The notes: generated by a model from the letters alone, not told the origin. DNA of 64,000 nucleotides from an uncultured Fibrobacteraceae bacterium (GCA_964461255.1 CAYWTR010000003.1:91144-155143); one strand, 5' to 3'; shown: positions 7,886-18,450, numbered from the stretch's first letter. Program-made: numbers and translations.

Positions 7886-10519
7886 TCAGCGCGCGGTCAG
7901 GCTTGAGATCGGCTCCGCGGGGGCAGCGTCCTCGGAGGCTTCGCCGGTAGTCGCCTCCTGCTGCAGCGCGGCGATGCAGGAGGCGCGCTGGCGGGCCTCG
8001 AGCAGGAAGGAGGCGGCCAGCCGCGGGCAGAATTGGCTGCCCGCCAGCCGTTCGATCTCCGCCAGCGCCGCCGGCAGCGCCAGCGGCGGGCGGTAGGGGC
8101 GGCCCTGCAGCATGGCGTTGAGGCTGTCGGTCAGGGCCAGCAGACGGGCGCCGATCGGGATCGCCTCGCCCTCCAGGCGGTCGGGATAGCCCTCGCCGTC
8201 ATAGCGTTCGTGATGGTGCGCGATGATCTGCCGCACCTTGGGGGAGGTCTCCAGCGGTTGCAGTATCTCCAAACCGTGGCGCACATGCTGGCGGATCAGG
8301 TCGCGTTCGGCGCCGGAAAGGGGCTGCGGCTTGCGCAGCAGCTGCGACGAGACCCGCGACAGACCGACGTCGTAGAAGCGCAGGGCGAAGGCCAGGTTCT
8401 CCAACTCCTCCTGCGGCAGCTTCAGGCGCCGCGCCGTCGCCAGGCAGATCTCGTGGCAGGCGTCCGCCAGGTGGTCGCAGCGTTCGCGACGCAGCGCCGC
8501 GGCGGTGCGCAGCGCGTCGCGCAACGCCACGAACTCCTCCGCCTGCCGGGTGAAACCGCGCAGGCGCGTCAGCAGATGCGCCACGCGCGGCGCCAACGAC
8601 TCCAGCAGCAGCAGGTCGTCGGCGTTGAAGGCGCGCCCGTCCAGCCGGTTGTTGACATTGACGACGCCGATGCAGGCCAGGCCCTCGAGCAGCGGCACGC
8701 TCAGCAGCGAGGGGGTGGCGTACTGCGGGTCATTGCTGCGTTTGCCCAGCCGCGGATCGGCCGCCACGTCGGTGACCAGCAGACTGCGCCCGCTGACCCA
8801 GACCTTGCCGGCGATCCCCTCCCCGCGTCGGACGCGGGTCGCCTGCACGATGCTCTCGGCCAGCCCCACCGCCGCCTCCACCACGAGCTGGTCGCCATGC
8901 TCGTCGGGCGTCATCAGGGAAACGCTGCGGACCCCCATCGTCTCCCCGATCCAGTGCACCAGCTTCTCCACGAACGCACGAGGATCGTTGAACACCGGTC
9001 GGGCCGCTTCCGCGCGCACGCGCTGCACCACCCGGTTGCGACGCGGCAGCACCACCTGGAACCGCGTCCCCTGCGGGCTGAGATTCTCGGCCCAGATCTG
9101 CCCTTCGTGCCACTGGACGATGTCGCGGCAGATGGCCAGCCCGACGCCCTGGCCGCCGTGCTCGCGCGTCGACGAACCATCGGCCTGGAAGAAGCGGTCG
9201 AAGATGTACTCCATCTTGTCGGCGGGGATGCCGATGCCATCGTCCTCCACCACCAGACGCACGCTGGCGATGCCATCGGTCAGGACTAGCCGGACGCTGC
9301 CGCCGGCGGGCGTGAACTTGAAAGCGTTGTCCAGCAGCTGCGCCACCACCTGGGCCAGCTGCGCCGCGTCGGCGTGAAGCGGCAGGGGCGAGGCCGACAG
9401 CCGCGCCTGGAAGTGGATGCCCTTGGCCGATGCCTGAGCCGCGGCGCGTTTCGCCTCGGCGCCCACCACCTCGGCCAGGTCGATCTCGCTGCGGTTGATC
9501 CGCGCCGGGCCGTCCTCCAGGCGCGACAGGTGCAGGATGTTGTCGATGATGGCGGTCAGCTTTTCGCTTTCCTGATGGATCACGCCCAGGAACTCCTGGC
9601 GCATGGTTTCCGACATCGCCGCCTGATTGTGCACCAGGGTCTCGGTATAGGCCTTGATCGACGTCAGCGGCGTCCGCAGCTCGTGGCTGACGTTCGCCAC
9701 GAAATTGCTCTTCATCTCGTTGAGGTTCTGCAGCAGATCCGAGGCGCGCGCCAGCTCGCCGTTGCTGCGTGCCAGACGCTCGTGCAGCGCCGCCGTGTCG
9801 ATGGCGATGACGGCCTGCGCCGCGAACAGCTCGAGCAGCCGCATGGTGTCGAGCGAGGGGATGCGGCGGTCTTCGGGATCGTCGACGCTCAGATAGCCGC
9901 GCACCTCGCCGTCTGCGGGGTCTCTCAGGGGCACAATCAGCATGTCTTCCTCGTGCCACTCGTCCGGCGCCCTCGCCCCCAGCTGGGGCGTGTAGCCTCC
10001 CGCCGCCACCTCGCTCCACTGTTCGTCCGTGTGGCTGATGAAGTAGCTCTCCGAGAGCTTGAACCTCGGCTGCGTCAGCTTGCGATACTGTTCCAGCGAT
10101 ACCTGCAGCCCGGCCAACTGCGCCTTGCCATCGTCGTCGATGCCGGCGAAGGCCCGCGCCTCGAAGGACTGGGTGGCAGGCGAGTAGATCCGCAGCAGCA
10201 CCATGCGGAAACCCAACGACTCGCGCACCGCCTGCGCGATCTGGTCGAGGACGTCGTTGAGCGAGCGCATCGCCTTGATGCGCGCCGCGAGCTGCAGGAT
10301 TCGCTCCAGGCTGCGCGCGCGGCGCTGCAGCAGCTCGCACCGATCGCGCAGATCGGCCAGGCTTCGCGCGGCATCCGCTTCCCGCGCCCGCCCCTCCGCC
10401 AGCGCCGTCGCCAGGGCGGCGCGCTCGGCCGCCAGCGCCTCGCAACGCGCGGTCATGGCACGCTCGCGGCGGCGGCGTTCGCTCCCGGACAGGCGGGCCA
10501 GGAAATCGGCCATAGCCAT
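7886..10519 (-). CDS. Soluble GAF-HisKA-HATPase-GAF-HD-GYP fusion protein with degenerate HD motif (YD)
   Basis: SHELRTPLTSI, NAFKFT, DDGIGI and GQGVGL kinase boxes; two GAF-like segments; RFYDVG, HHERYDGEGYP and RPYR. Confidence 0.85.
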   Translation of the reverse strand: MAMADFLARLSGSERRRRERAMTARCEALAAERAALATALAEGRAREADAARSLADLRDRCELLQRRARSLERILQLAARIKAMRSLNDVLDQIAQAVRESLGFRMVLLRIYSPATQSFEARAFAGIDDDGKAQLAGLQVSLEQYRKLTQPRFKLSESYFISHTDEQWSEVAAGGYTPQLGARAPDEWHEEDMLIVPLRDPADGEVRGYLSVDDPEDRRIPSLDTMRLLELFAAQAVIAIDTAALHERLARSNGELARASDLLQNLNEMKSNFVANVSHELRTPLTSIKAYTETLVHNQAAMSETMRQEFLGVIHQESEKLTAIIDNILHLSRLEDGPARINRSEIDLAEVVGAEAKRAAAQASAKGIHFQARLSASPLPLHADAAQLAQVVAQLLDNAFKFTPAGGSVRLVLTDGIASVRLVVEDDGIGIPADKMEYIFDRFFQADGSSTREHGGQGVGLAICRDIVQWHEGQIWAENLSPQGTRFQVVLPRRNRVVQRVRAEAARPVFNDPRAFVEKLVHWIGETMGVRSVSLMTPDEHGDQLVVEAAVGLAESIVQATRVRRGEGIAGKVWVSGRSLLVTDVAADPRLGKRSNDPQYATPSLLSVPLLEGLACIGVVNVNNRLDGRAFNADDLLLLESLAPRVAHLLTRLRGFTRQAEEFVALRDALRTAAALRRERCDHLADACHEICLATARRLKLPQEELENLAFALRFYDVGLSRVSSQLLRKPQPLSGAERDLIRQHVRHGLEILQPLETSPKVRQIIAHHHERYDGEGYPDRLEGEAIPIGARLLALTDSLNAMLQGRPYRPPLALPAALAEIERLAGSQFCPRLAASFLLEARQRASCIAALQQEATTGEASEDAAPAEPISSLTAR

Positions 10520-10537
10520 GGCGGACAGGTCGCCTCC

Positions 10538-10924
10538 CTAACGGGGGTGGGCCCGGGCGAGCAGCAGCTGCTGCACCCGCTCCACCAGCCTGGCGATCAC
10601 GAATGGCTTGCGCATGAAGAGGTCGGCACCCGCGGCCAGCACATCCTCCCGCGCCTGGGCATTGGAGGACGCCGAAAGCGCGATCACGATCGTCTCGGCG
10701 TAGCTGCGGTTGCGCCGGATCAACCTGGTGGTCTCCACGCCGTCCAACTTGGGCATCATGATGTCCATGACGATCACCTCGGGACGGAAGACCGCCACCT
10801 TGTTCATGCAGTCGATGCCGTCCCGCGCCGTGGCGACCTGGAACTGCTCGCCCGTGAAGGCGTGGCACAGCAGCTGGGTCAGCGGCGCCTCGTCGTCGAC
10901 GATCAGGATGCGCGGCGCGGCCAT
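10538..10924 (-). CDS. Stand-alone response regulator receiver protein
   Basis: ILIVDDE, VIVMDIMMP and RKPF; the ATG overlaps the upstream stop (TGATG). Confidence 0.9.
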   Translation of the reverse strand: MAAPRILIVDDEAPLTQLLCHAFTGEQFQVATARDGIDCMNKVAVFRPEVIVMDIMMPKLDGVETTRLIRRNRSYAETIVIALSASSNAQAREDVLAAGADLFMRKPFVIARLVERVQQLLLARAHPR

Positions 10925-13875
10925 CAGCGTTCCTCCCCCCGCGCACGTCCCGCGGCGGCCCCGGCGGGGGCATGATCGGCGTCCAGGCCGCCGGAGGGCG
11001 CAAGGCCCTCTTCCCGCAGCACCGCCAGGAAGGCCTCGACCACCACCGGATCGAACTGCGTGCCGGCATGCGCCTTTATCTCTGCCATGATCTCGTCCGG
11101 CGCCAGCCGCGCCCGATAGGGCCGCCGCTGCGTCATGGCGAAGAAGGCGTCCAGCACCGCCAGCACGCGCGCGCCGAGCGGGATGTCGGCGCCCTGCAGG
11201 CCGCGCGGATAGCCGCGTCCGTCAGGCCGCTCGTGATGCGCCAGGATGATGCTCTCCATTTCCGGGGTCTGCAGCAGCGGCGCCACCATCGTCACGCCCT
11301 GAGCGGGGTGCTGCCCGACCTCTTCCCGCTCGTCCGCCGTCAGCGGGCCGGCCTTGAGCACGATGTCCTCGTCGACCGCCACCATGCCGACGTCGTGCAA
11401 CGAGGCCACGTACTGCAGGCGCGCGACCTCGGCGCCGGACATGTCCAGCCGCCGCGCCGTCCGCACCAGCAGCCGCAGCGCCAGGGGCGAGGCGGTGGGG
11501 ATGGCGCTGCGCTTCATCAGGATCAGCGCCTGCAGCGCGTCGACCACGGCCTCCACCCGCCGCGCCGAGGAATCGGCTTGCATCGCCTGGGTCAGCGCCG
11601 CCGAGACCTTCTCGGCAAGCGTCACCAGCAGCGCCAGGTCGTCCTCGTTGAAGGAGCCGCCCGCCACCTTGTTGTTGACGTTGATGACGCCCAACGGCCT
11701 GCCCTGCACCACCAGCGGCACCGACAGCAGCGAGTTGGTCTCGTACTGGTCGCGGTTGCCGGCGGCGAGCAGCCCGTCGCGCTCGACATCCTTGACCAGG
11801 AGCGGCCGCCCCGACTGCAGGACGCGTCCGGCGATCCCCTTGCCGACCGCCACATGCGCGCTCTTGACGATGCCTTCGTTCAGTCCGTAGGCCGACTGCA
11901 CGACCAGGTTGCGCCCCTCCCGATCGAGCAGCATCAGGGAGACGATCTTCGACTCCGTCATCTCCGCGATCATGCGCACGGTCAGACGCAGCAGCTGCTG
12001 AAACTGCGGGCGCGTGGTCAGGTCGCCCAGGATTGCCGCCGTCACCGGATTCAGTTGATGCTCCTTGGGCAGATGGAAGGTGAAGGAGGCCCCCTCGCCC
12101 GGCACGCTCTGCACGTCGATGTGCCCGCCGTGAAGGTCGATGATGTTCTTGACGATGGCCAGGCCCAGCCCCTGCCCCTCGACCCCCTCGGTGCCGCCGC
12201 CCACGCGGTAGAACTGCCGGAAGATGCGCCGCAGATCCTCGGGCGGGATGCCGGGGCCGGTGTCGCTGACGGTGACGCGCACCGTGGCGGCGTCCTCGCA
12301 GGCGCGGACGCAGACCAGACCGCCGGCCGGCGTGTACTTGACGGCGTTGTTGAGGAGGTTCATCAGCACCTGGCGGATCAGATCCGGATCGACCTCGACG
12401 CGGGGCAGCAGGGACGGGCAGGCGATGTCCAGGCGCAGCCCCCTGGCGGCGACGAGCGGCTCGAGCGCGCGCACGGTATCCCGCACCAGCGGCTCCAGGT
12501 CGACAACCTGGCGGTTGAGCAGGCGTTCGCCCAGGTCGCTGCGCGAGAAATCGAGGATCCTGTTGACCATCCGCAGCAGACGCTCCGACTCCTCGCGGAT
12601 CACGCCCAGGAACTCCCGGGTCTGGGTGAAAGCGGGCAGATCGTCCTGGCGCAGCAACGCCTCGGTGTAGGCGCTGATCGAGGTCAGCGGCGTCTTGAGT
12701 TCATGGCTGGCCACGGCCACGAAATCGCCCTGCATCTTGTTGATGCGCGTCAGGGTCTCGTTCTCGGCGTGCAGGGTGGCGAGCTCGCGCCGCACGCGCG
12801 CCAGATGGTGCCCGGCCGCCAGCAGCGGAGCCAGTTGGCCGGCCAGGCGCGCCATGGCGGCGCGCAGATACACCTCGTCGCTTTCGCCCCGGCGCGTGCC
12901 GGCCAGCACGATCAGCGCGGCGCGCCCCGGCTCGCCGACCGGGGTCAGCGTCCAGGCGTCCCAGGCGGGCGCAGCCGCGGGCGGAAAGCCGATCGCGCGC
13001 AGCGTCGCGGCGCCGCCGGACCGGAACGGCTCGGTCTGCTCCACGTGCAGCAGATCGAAGAAGATGGCCGCTTCGCGCGGCAGTTCCAACCATTCCGGCC
13101 AGGTCTGGCCCGCTGCCAGCGCGAGGCAGCGGCGGCCGCCGCTGGCGCCCGGCCCGCAAAGCTCCGCCCAGCCGGGCGCGGCGATGACGGCGGCGAATTG
13201 CACCCCCGGCAGCCGACGCAGCGCCTGCAGCATCTCGACCAGCAGCTCGGCCAGATCGCCCTGTTCGCGCAGCGCCGCGCTGGCGGCCGCGGCGGAGCGC
13301 TGGGCCAGCTCGTCCACCGGTTCCGGCGTCGCCACCCAGCCGGCCGGCAGCGTGCGGCCAGCCGTGCGCACGAGGTAGGTGACCGACAGCATCAACGCGC
13401 CCAACATCAGCGCCATGCCCAACGCCAGCCGGCCGTCGACGCCGCCGGCCGCGTCCGGCCAGCTCCGCAGGCTGGCGACCGCCAGCAGCGCCACCAGCGC
13501 CGCGGAAACGGCGTAGCCGTCGCGCGCCCGGCGGCAGAGCAGGCCGGCATGCGCGGCCGGGAAGACCAGCAGGAGCAGATAGGGACTGGCGACGCCGCCG
13601 GTGAGCAGCAGAACGGGCAGCCAGGCGGCGGCGTCGAAGGCCAGCACCAGACCGGCCCGCAGGCCAGAGCCGCCGGCGGCCGCGTCGCGCGCCGCGAGCA
13701 ACACCAGCAGCAGCTGCAGCGCCGCGCCCACGCCGAAGGCGGCCAGCACAGGCGGCAGCGGGAAGACCAGCCCGCCCAGCTCGCGCGACAGCAAGACCAC
13801 CAGCAGCCCGACCGTGAGCTCGGCCCAGCGCACGTGGCGCAGCAGAAATCGATGGGTGTCTACCGCTCGTTCCAC
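10924..13875 (-). CDS. Membrane-bound HisKA-HATPase-GAF-HD-GYP fusion protein
   Basis: Several N-terminal hydrophobic helices; [24 protein letters not shown] and GQGLGL; a GAF domain; [17 protein letters not shown] and RPYR. Confidence 0.85.
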   Translation of the reverse strand: MERAVDTHRFLLRHVRWAELTVGLLVVLLSRELGGLVFPLPPVLAAFGVGAALQLLLVLLAARDAAAGGSGLRAGLVLAFDAAAWLPVLLLTGGVASPYLLLLVFPAAHAGLLCRRARDGYAVSAALVALLAVASLRSWPDAAGGVDGRLALGMALMLGALMLSVTYLVRTAGRTLPAGWVATPEPVDELAQRSAAAASAALREQGDLAELLVEMLQALRRLPGVQFAAVIAAPGWAELCGPGASGGRRCLALAAGQTWPEWLELPREAAIFFDLLHVEQTEPFRSGGAATLRAIGFPPAAAPAWDAWTLTPVGEPGRAALIVLAGTRRGESDEVYLRAAMARLAGQLAPLLAAGHHLARVRRELATLHAENETLTRINKMQGDFVAVASHELKTPLTSISAYTEALLRQDDLPAFTQTREFLGVIREESERLLRMVNRILDFSRSDLGERLLNRQVVDLEPLVRDTVRALEPLVAARGLRLDIACPSLLPRVEVDPDLIRQVLMNLLNNAVKYTPAGGLVCVRACEDAATVRVTVSDTGPGIPPEDLRRIFRQFYRVGGGTEGVEGQGLGLAIVKNIIDLHGGHIDVQSVPGEGASFTFHLPKEHQLNPVTAAILGDLTTRPQFQQLLRLTVRMIAEMTESKIVSLMLLDREGRNLVVQSAYGLNEGIVKSAHVAVGKGIAGRVLQSGRPLLVKDVERDGLLAAGNRDQYETNSLLSVPLVVQGRPLGVINVNNKVAGGSFNEDDLALLVTLAEKVSAALTQAMQADSSARRVEAVVDALQALILMKRSAIPTASPLALRLLVRTARRLDMSGAEVARLQYVASLHDVGMVAVDEDIVLKAGPLTADEREEVGQHPAQGVTMVAPLLQTPEMESIILAHHERPDGRGYPRGLQGADIPLGARVLAVLDAFFAMTQRRPYRARLAPDEIMAEIKAHAGTQFDPVVVEAFLAVLREEGLAPSGGLDADHAPAGAAAGRARGEER

Positions 13876-13921
13876 CGGCCGTCCCGCTCCTCCCCGGCGT
13901 TCGGATCCGCGGCGCCGGCGC

Positions 13922-14920
13922 TCAGGGCCGCTGGACGGCGTCGGACGCGGCGCCCGCGATCGCCTCGGCGCCGCCCCCCGCTTCGGCAGGGGCGCGCCGT
14001 TCCTTGACGACCACGCTGCCGGCGATGGTCTTGCCGTAGCTCTTCAGCTCGGCCGCCATGTCGCTCAGGCGCGCGATGTGAGGGAACTGCACCGCCGAGC
14101 CGGTCACCAGCGCGATGGTCAGCGAGATCAGCGGCACCGCTACCTCCGCACCGGAACGGCTGCGGACGCGGACATGGCCGCGTTCCCGATCCTGAGGGTC
14201 GTACAGATCGGCGACCTGCGCGTCGAAATCGCGCACGATCCGCTCGCCGAGCAGTTCGGCGCAGCCGGGCCGGGTGACGATCACGAAGTCGTCGCCGCCG
14301 ACGTGACCGATGAAGAGGTGGGGATCGCCCGCTTCCTGGGCCGCCGCCGTCAGGACGCGCGCCAGGAAGGTGATCGCCTCGTCGCCGCGCGAATACCCGT
14401 AGTGATCGTTGAAGCCCTTGAAGTTGTCGATGTCCAGGTAGAGGAAGCTGAAGGCCTCGCCCGAGCGGATTCGGCGCTGCACTTCCTGGTCGATGGCGTG
14501 GTTGCCGGGCAGGCCGGTCAGCGGGTTGGCGTCGCGCTGCGCCTGGCTCCAATCCAGCATGTTGCGGATGCGCAGCATCAGCTCGTCATGGTTGAAGGGC
14601 TTGGTCAGGTAATCGTTGGCGCCGCCGCGCAGGCCGCGCACCTTCTCCGAGCTCTCCCCCTTGGCGGTCAGCATGATGACCGGGATCCAGCTGGTCTGGA
14701 AATTGGCGCGCAGCCGCTCGAGCATGTGGAAACCATCCATTTTCGGCATCATCACGTCGAGCAGGATCAGGTCGGGCTGGACGGCTTCCAGGCAGTCCAG
14801 CGCCGCCTGGCCATTCTCCGCCAGGGCGACTTCGAAGCCCTCCTGCTGCAGCAGGAATTGCAGGATTTTGCGGATGTGCGGCTCGTCGTCGACAACGAGG
14901 ATCTTGCGCGCGCTGGCCAT
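13922..14920 (-). CDS. Response regulator diguanylate cyclase (REC-GGDEF)
   Basis: Receiver (ILLDVMMP, KPF), then DANPLTGLPGN, DIDNFKGFNDHYGYSRGD and HVGGDDF; ATG at 14920 with a GGGGAG RBS. Confidence 0.92.
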   Translation of the reverse strand: MASARKILVVDDEPHIRKILQFLLQQEGFEVALAENGQAALDCLEAVQPDLILLDVMMPKMDGFHMLERLRANFQTSWIPVIMLTAKGESSEKVRGLRGGANDYLTKPFNHDELMLRIRNMLDWSQAQRDANPLTGLPGNHAIDQEVQRRIRSGEAFSFLYLDIDNFKGFNDHYGYSRGDEAITFLARVLTAAAQEAGDPHLFIGHVGGDDFVIVTRPGCAELLGERIVRDFDAQVADLYDPQDRERGHVRVRSRSGAEVAVPLISLTIALVTGSAVQFPHIARLSDMAAELKSYGKTIAGSVVVKERRAPAEAGGGAEAIAGAASDAVQRP

Positions 14921-15058
14921 GATCTCCCCCGCGAGTTTTCGAGGAAAACGGGGCATCCGGATCCCGTTTATTGGAACCGGCTCGAAGGGTAATCAAGGCA
15001 AATTACATGCCATCAAAAGGATGGGGAGCGAACGGCAGGGAACCGGGGCGCGGGCCGA

Positions 15059-16069
15059 TCATCGCCAGGAATCGAGCGCCCCGCGGGCGAAGGCGTCCAG
15101 ATCCCAGCCGTCGGCGCGCCCGGCGGCCAGCCGGCAGGCGCCGGCATGGGCGATCATGGCGGCGTTGTCCGTGCAGTATGCAGGCGGAGGCGGCAGGAAA
15201 TGCAGCCCGCACGAGGCCGTGGCGGCCGCAACCTGTTCGCGCAGCCTGCGGTTGGCGGCGACGCCGCCCGCCAGGTACACGGCCTGCACCCCGCGCGCGG
15301 CGGCGGCTTGCAAAAGACGGGCGGTCAGCACTTCGACGATCGCCTCCTGCAGTTCGACCGCCACATCGGCCACGTCCTGCGCCGACAGCGGCCGCGGCAG
15401 CTGCGCCACCGCCAGCTTGACCGCCGTCTTGAGCCCGCTGAAGCTGAACACCGGCCGTGGGTCGCCCAGCAACGGACGCGGGAAGCGGAAGCGGCCCGGC
15501 CTCCCCTCGCCGGCCCGCTGATCGATGGCCGGTCCGCCCGGGTAGGGCAGACCCAGTAGCTGCGCGGTCTTGTCGAACGTCTCTCCCGCCGCGTCGTCGA
15601 GCGTGCCGCCCAGACGCTCGTAGCGCCCGATCTCGGCCACGTGCACCAGCTCCGTGTGCCCGCCCGAGACCACGAGCGCCACCGCCGGCAGCCGCAGCGG
15701 CGCCGCCAGCGCGTTGGCCAGGATGTGCCCCTCGATGTGGTGCACGCCGACCACCGGCTTGCCCGCGGTCAGCGCCAGAGCCTTGGCGGTGGCGACCCCG
15801 ACCAGCAACGCGCCGATCAGTCCCGGGCCGTTGGTGACCGCCACGCCGTCGAGATCGCGCAGGCGCAATCCTTGCCGCCGCAGGGCCAGCTCGACCAACG
15901 GCAGCAGGTTGACCAGGTGCGCGCGCGACGCGAGCTCCGGCACGACGCCCCCGAACTGCCCGTGAAGATCGACCTGCGAGGAGACCAGATTCTCCAGCAC
16001 GCCCCGTTCGCGGTCGTACAGGGCCACGCTCGTGTCATCGCAGCTTGTCTCGATGCCGAGCACGAGCAC
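15059..16069 (-). CDS. tsaD: tRNA N6-adenosine threonylcarbamoyltransferase TsaD
   Basis: LGIETSCDDT, GGVVPELASRAH, HHIEGH, VSGGHT, DDAAGETFDK and YCTDNAAMI. Confidence 0.96.
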   Translation of the reverse strand: MLVLGIETSCDDTSVALYDRERGVLENLVSSQVDLHGQFGGVVPELASRAHLVNLLPLVELALRRQGLRLRDLDGVAVTNGPGLIGALLVGVATAKALALTAGKPVVGVHHIEGHILANALAAPLRLPAVALVVSGGHTELVHVAEIGRYERLGGTLDDAAGETFDKTAQLLGLPYPGGPAIDQRAGEGRPGRFRFPRPLLGDPRPVFSFSGLKTAVKLAVAQLPRPLSAQDVADVAVELQEAIVEVLTARLLQAAAARGVQAVYLAGGVAANRRLREQVAAATASCGLHFLPPPPAYCTDNAAMIAHAGACRLAAGRADGWDLDAFARGALDSWR

Positions 16070-16075
16070 GCCGTC

Positions 16076-17644
16076 TCACCCGCCCCCGTCCGGCGCCCTG
16101 CGGCGCTCCAGTTCGGCGAAGGCCCCGCCCAACGCGGCCGCGACCTCGCGCGCCAGCACGCTGCGACGCGATCCTTCGTCCGCCGCGATCCGGCCAGCGC
16201 GGCCGTGCAGGTAAGCGCCCAGAAGCGCCGCCGCCAGCGGCCCGCATCCCTGGGCGAGCAAGCCGCCGATCAATCCCGCCAGCACATCGCCCGTGCCGCC
16301 GTGCGCCAGGGCGTCATCGCCCGTCGGATTGATGTGCACGCCGCCTCCGGGCGCGGCGATCACGGTGGGCGATCCCTTCAGCAGCAGCGTCACTCCCCAC
16401 CGCTCCGCCAGCTCGGGCGCCAGCTCCAGACGCCGCCTATCGATCTCCGAGGCGTGCGTGCCCAGCAGCCGCGCCAGCTCGCCGGCGTGCGGCGTCAACA
16501 CCAGCCGGCCCCGTCCGGCGGGCGTCTTGCCCAGCCGCGCGTGGGCGGTCAGCGCGTCGGCGTCGACCACCGCCGGCAGCTCCAGCGCGTCCAGCAGTTC
16601 CAGCACCCAGCGGTCGGTCTCCGGATCCTCGCCCATCCCCGGGCCGATGGCCACGGCGTGCTGCTTGCGGAGCATCTCCGCGGCCACGGCCGGCGGCCAG
16701 GGGGCCAGCGTGCCGGAGGCCGTCATCGGCAGGGGGCGCACGATCGCCTCGGGCAGCGCGGTCCGCGCGGGCGACGCCAGCGTTTCCGGCAAGGCCACCG
16801 TGACCAGGCCCGCGCCCGAGCGCAGAGCCCCCATGCCGGCCAGCACCGCCGCACCGCCGTAGGCGCGCGAGCCGCCCACGACCAGCACCGTGCCGCAGCG
16901 ATACTTGTGCAGGTCGCTGGCGCGGGCCGGCAGAAGCGCCGCGTAATCGTCCGGAAGCAGCAGCCGGCGGTCGGGGACCAGCTCCTCCACCGCCGCGGGC
17001 GGCAGGCCGATGTCGACCACGGCCAGCTCGCCCACGTGGTCGCGGCCCGGCGGCAGCAGCAGCCCCAGCTTGGGCAGACCCACCGTGACGGTGGCGCTGG
17101 CCCGCACCGCCACCGGATCCACCCGGCCGTTGTCGGCGTCGACCCCCGACGGCACGTCCACGCTCAGCACCGGCGCCCTCAGCCCCTGGAACGCAGCCAA
17201 CAACTCCGCGTAGGGGGCGCGCACGGGCGTCCTGATGCCCGTGCCCAGCACCGCGTCGACCGCCAGCTCCGCGGCCCCGGCGACCTCGCGCCAGCGCGCC
17301 GCCCATTCCCCCGCCGGCGCGGCGACCACGCGCACCGCGGACGGCAGGCGGCCGTGGTTCAGGCGCGCGTCGGGGGCCATGTCCTCCGGCAGCCCGAGCA
17401 GCAGCACCGTGACCTGGAACCCCAAGCTGTCCAGCAGCCGCGCCATCACCAGACCGTCGCCGCCGTTGTTGCCCTTGCCGCAGCAGATCGCCACGCGCCC
17501 TGGCGGCGCCAGGGCGGGGAAAAGGTCGAGCAGCGCCCTGACGATCTCGCGGCCGGCTCGTTCCATCAGCTGCGCGCCAGGCGTGCCCGCCGCGATGGCC
17601 TGGCTGTCCACCCGCGCCATTTCCGCCGCCGTCGCCACGCGCAT
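16076..17644 (-). CDS. nnr: Bifunctional NAD(P)H-hydrate epimerase/dehydratase
   Basis: LMERAG, CGKGNNGGDG, VDAVLGTG, VDVPSG, GGSRAYGGA, VVDADAL, LTPHAGE and GGTGDVLAG. The ATG at 17644 gives better RBS spacing than the one at 17650. Confidence 0.94.
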   Translation of the reverse strand: MRVATAAEMARVDSQAIAAGTPGAQLMERAGREIVRALLDLFPALAPPGRVAICCGKGNNGGDGLVMARLLDSLGFQVTVLLLGLPEDMAPDARLNHGRLPSAVRVVAAPAGEWAARWREVAGAAELAVDAVLGTGIRTPVRAPYAELLAAFQGLRAPVLSVDVPSGVDADNGRVDPVAVRASATVTVGLPKLGLLLPPGRDHVGELAVVDIGLPPAAVEELVPDRRLLLPDDYAALLPARASDLHKYRCGTVLVVGGSRAYGGAAVLAGMGALRSGAGLVTVALPETLASPARTALPEAIVRPLPMTASGTLAPWPPAVAAEMLRKQHAVAIGPGMGEDPETDRWVLELLDALELPAVVDADALTAHARLGKTPAGRGRLVLTPHAGELARLLGTHASEIDRRRLELAPELAERWGVTLLLKGSPTVIAAPGGGVHINPTGDDALAHGGTGDVLAGLIGGLLAQGCGPLAAALLGAYLHGRAGRIAADEGSRRSVLAREVAAALGGAFAELERRRAPDGGG

Positions 17645-17668
17645 GCGCATGACCTCCCTGCCGCCGGT

Positions 17669-18409
17669 TCAGCCCGCCGCGTTCAGGCGGTCGAGCACGT
17701 CGCAGAGCTGCATCATGTCGTCGATCTCGAAGTCGGCGCCCGAATGCTCTCGGCGCTCCCGATCGGTCGAGGCGTACGTGTCTCCGTAGCGGGCGTAGAC
17801 CGTGTGCAGCCCTGCCTCGCCCGCGCCGATGATGTCCCGCTCGGGCCAGTCGCCCACCATGACCGCGCGCGCCGCCTCCACCTCCAGCCGCTGCAGCGCC
17901 AGCTGGAACGGCACCGGACTCGGTTTGCGATGCTGGGTGTCATCGAAGGTCAACACCAGATCGAAGACGTGGTGCAGGCGCAGCATGCACAGGCGTATCC
18001 AGGCCTCGAAACGCGGCGCGTCGCTGACCACCGCCAGCTTGTACCCGTCCTTGAGCAGCCGGTTCAGGGTCAACACCACGTGCGGGTAGGGCACGAGCAC
18101 GCCGTCGCGGGCGCGGCGATAGGCCACGACCGCCGCCGCCAGCACCCGGTCGTCGACCCGTCCCAGCTCCTGTTGCAGGAAGGTGTCGAACACCCGCTGG
18201 TACTCGATGCCGCGATCGTCGTAGATCGCCCTGATGCGCGCCCGTCCCGCGCCCGGGTCGAGGCGCAGCCCGGCGTCGATCATCGCGTCGACGGCGGCTT
18301 CGATCGCGCGCTGCTTGGCGCCCATGAAATCGCACAGCGTGTTGTCCAGATCGAAGATGACGGCCTCGATCGCGCCGCCCGAGCACCGTGGCCGCTTCGC
18401 ATCCTTCAA
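17669..18409 (-). CDS. HAD-superfamily hydrolase/phosphatase
   Basis: VIFDLDNTL (motif I), VVSDA, KPSP and MVGDWPERDIIGA. Confidence 0.88.
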   Translation of the reverse strand: MKDAKRPRCSGGAIEAVIFDLDNTLCDFMGAKQRAIEAAVDAMIDAGLRLDPGAGRARIRAIYDDRGIEYQRVFDTFLQQELGRVDDRVLAAAVVAYRRARDGVLVPYPHVVLTLNRLLKDGYKLAVVSDAPRFEAWIRLCMLRLHHVFDLVLTFDDTQHRKPSPVPFQLALQRLEVEAARAVMVGDWPERDIIGAGEAGLHTVYARYGDTYASTDRERREHSGADFEIDDMMQLCDVLDRLNAAG

Positions 18410-18450
18410 TTGCCCTCACATCCCTTCCGGCGGCCGCGGCCGCCCGCCCG

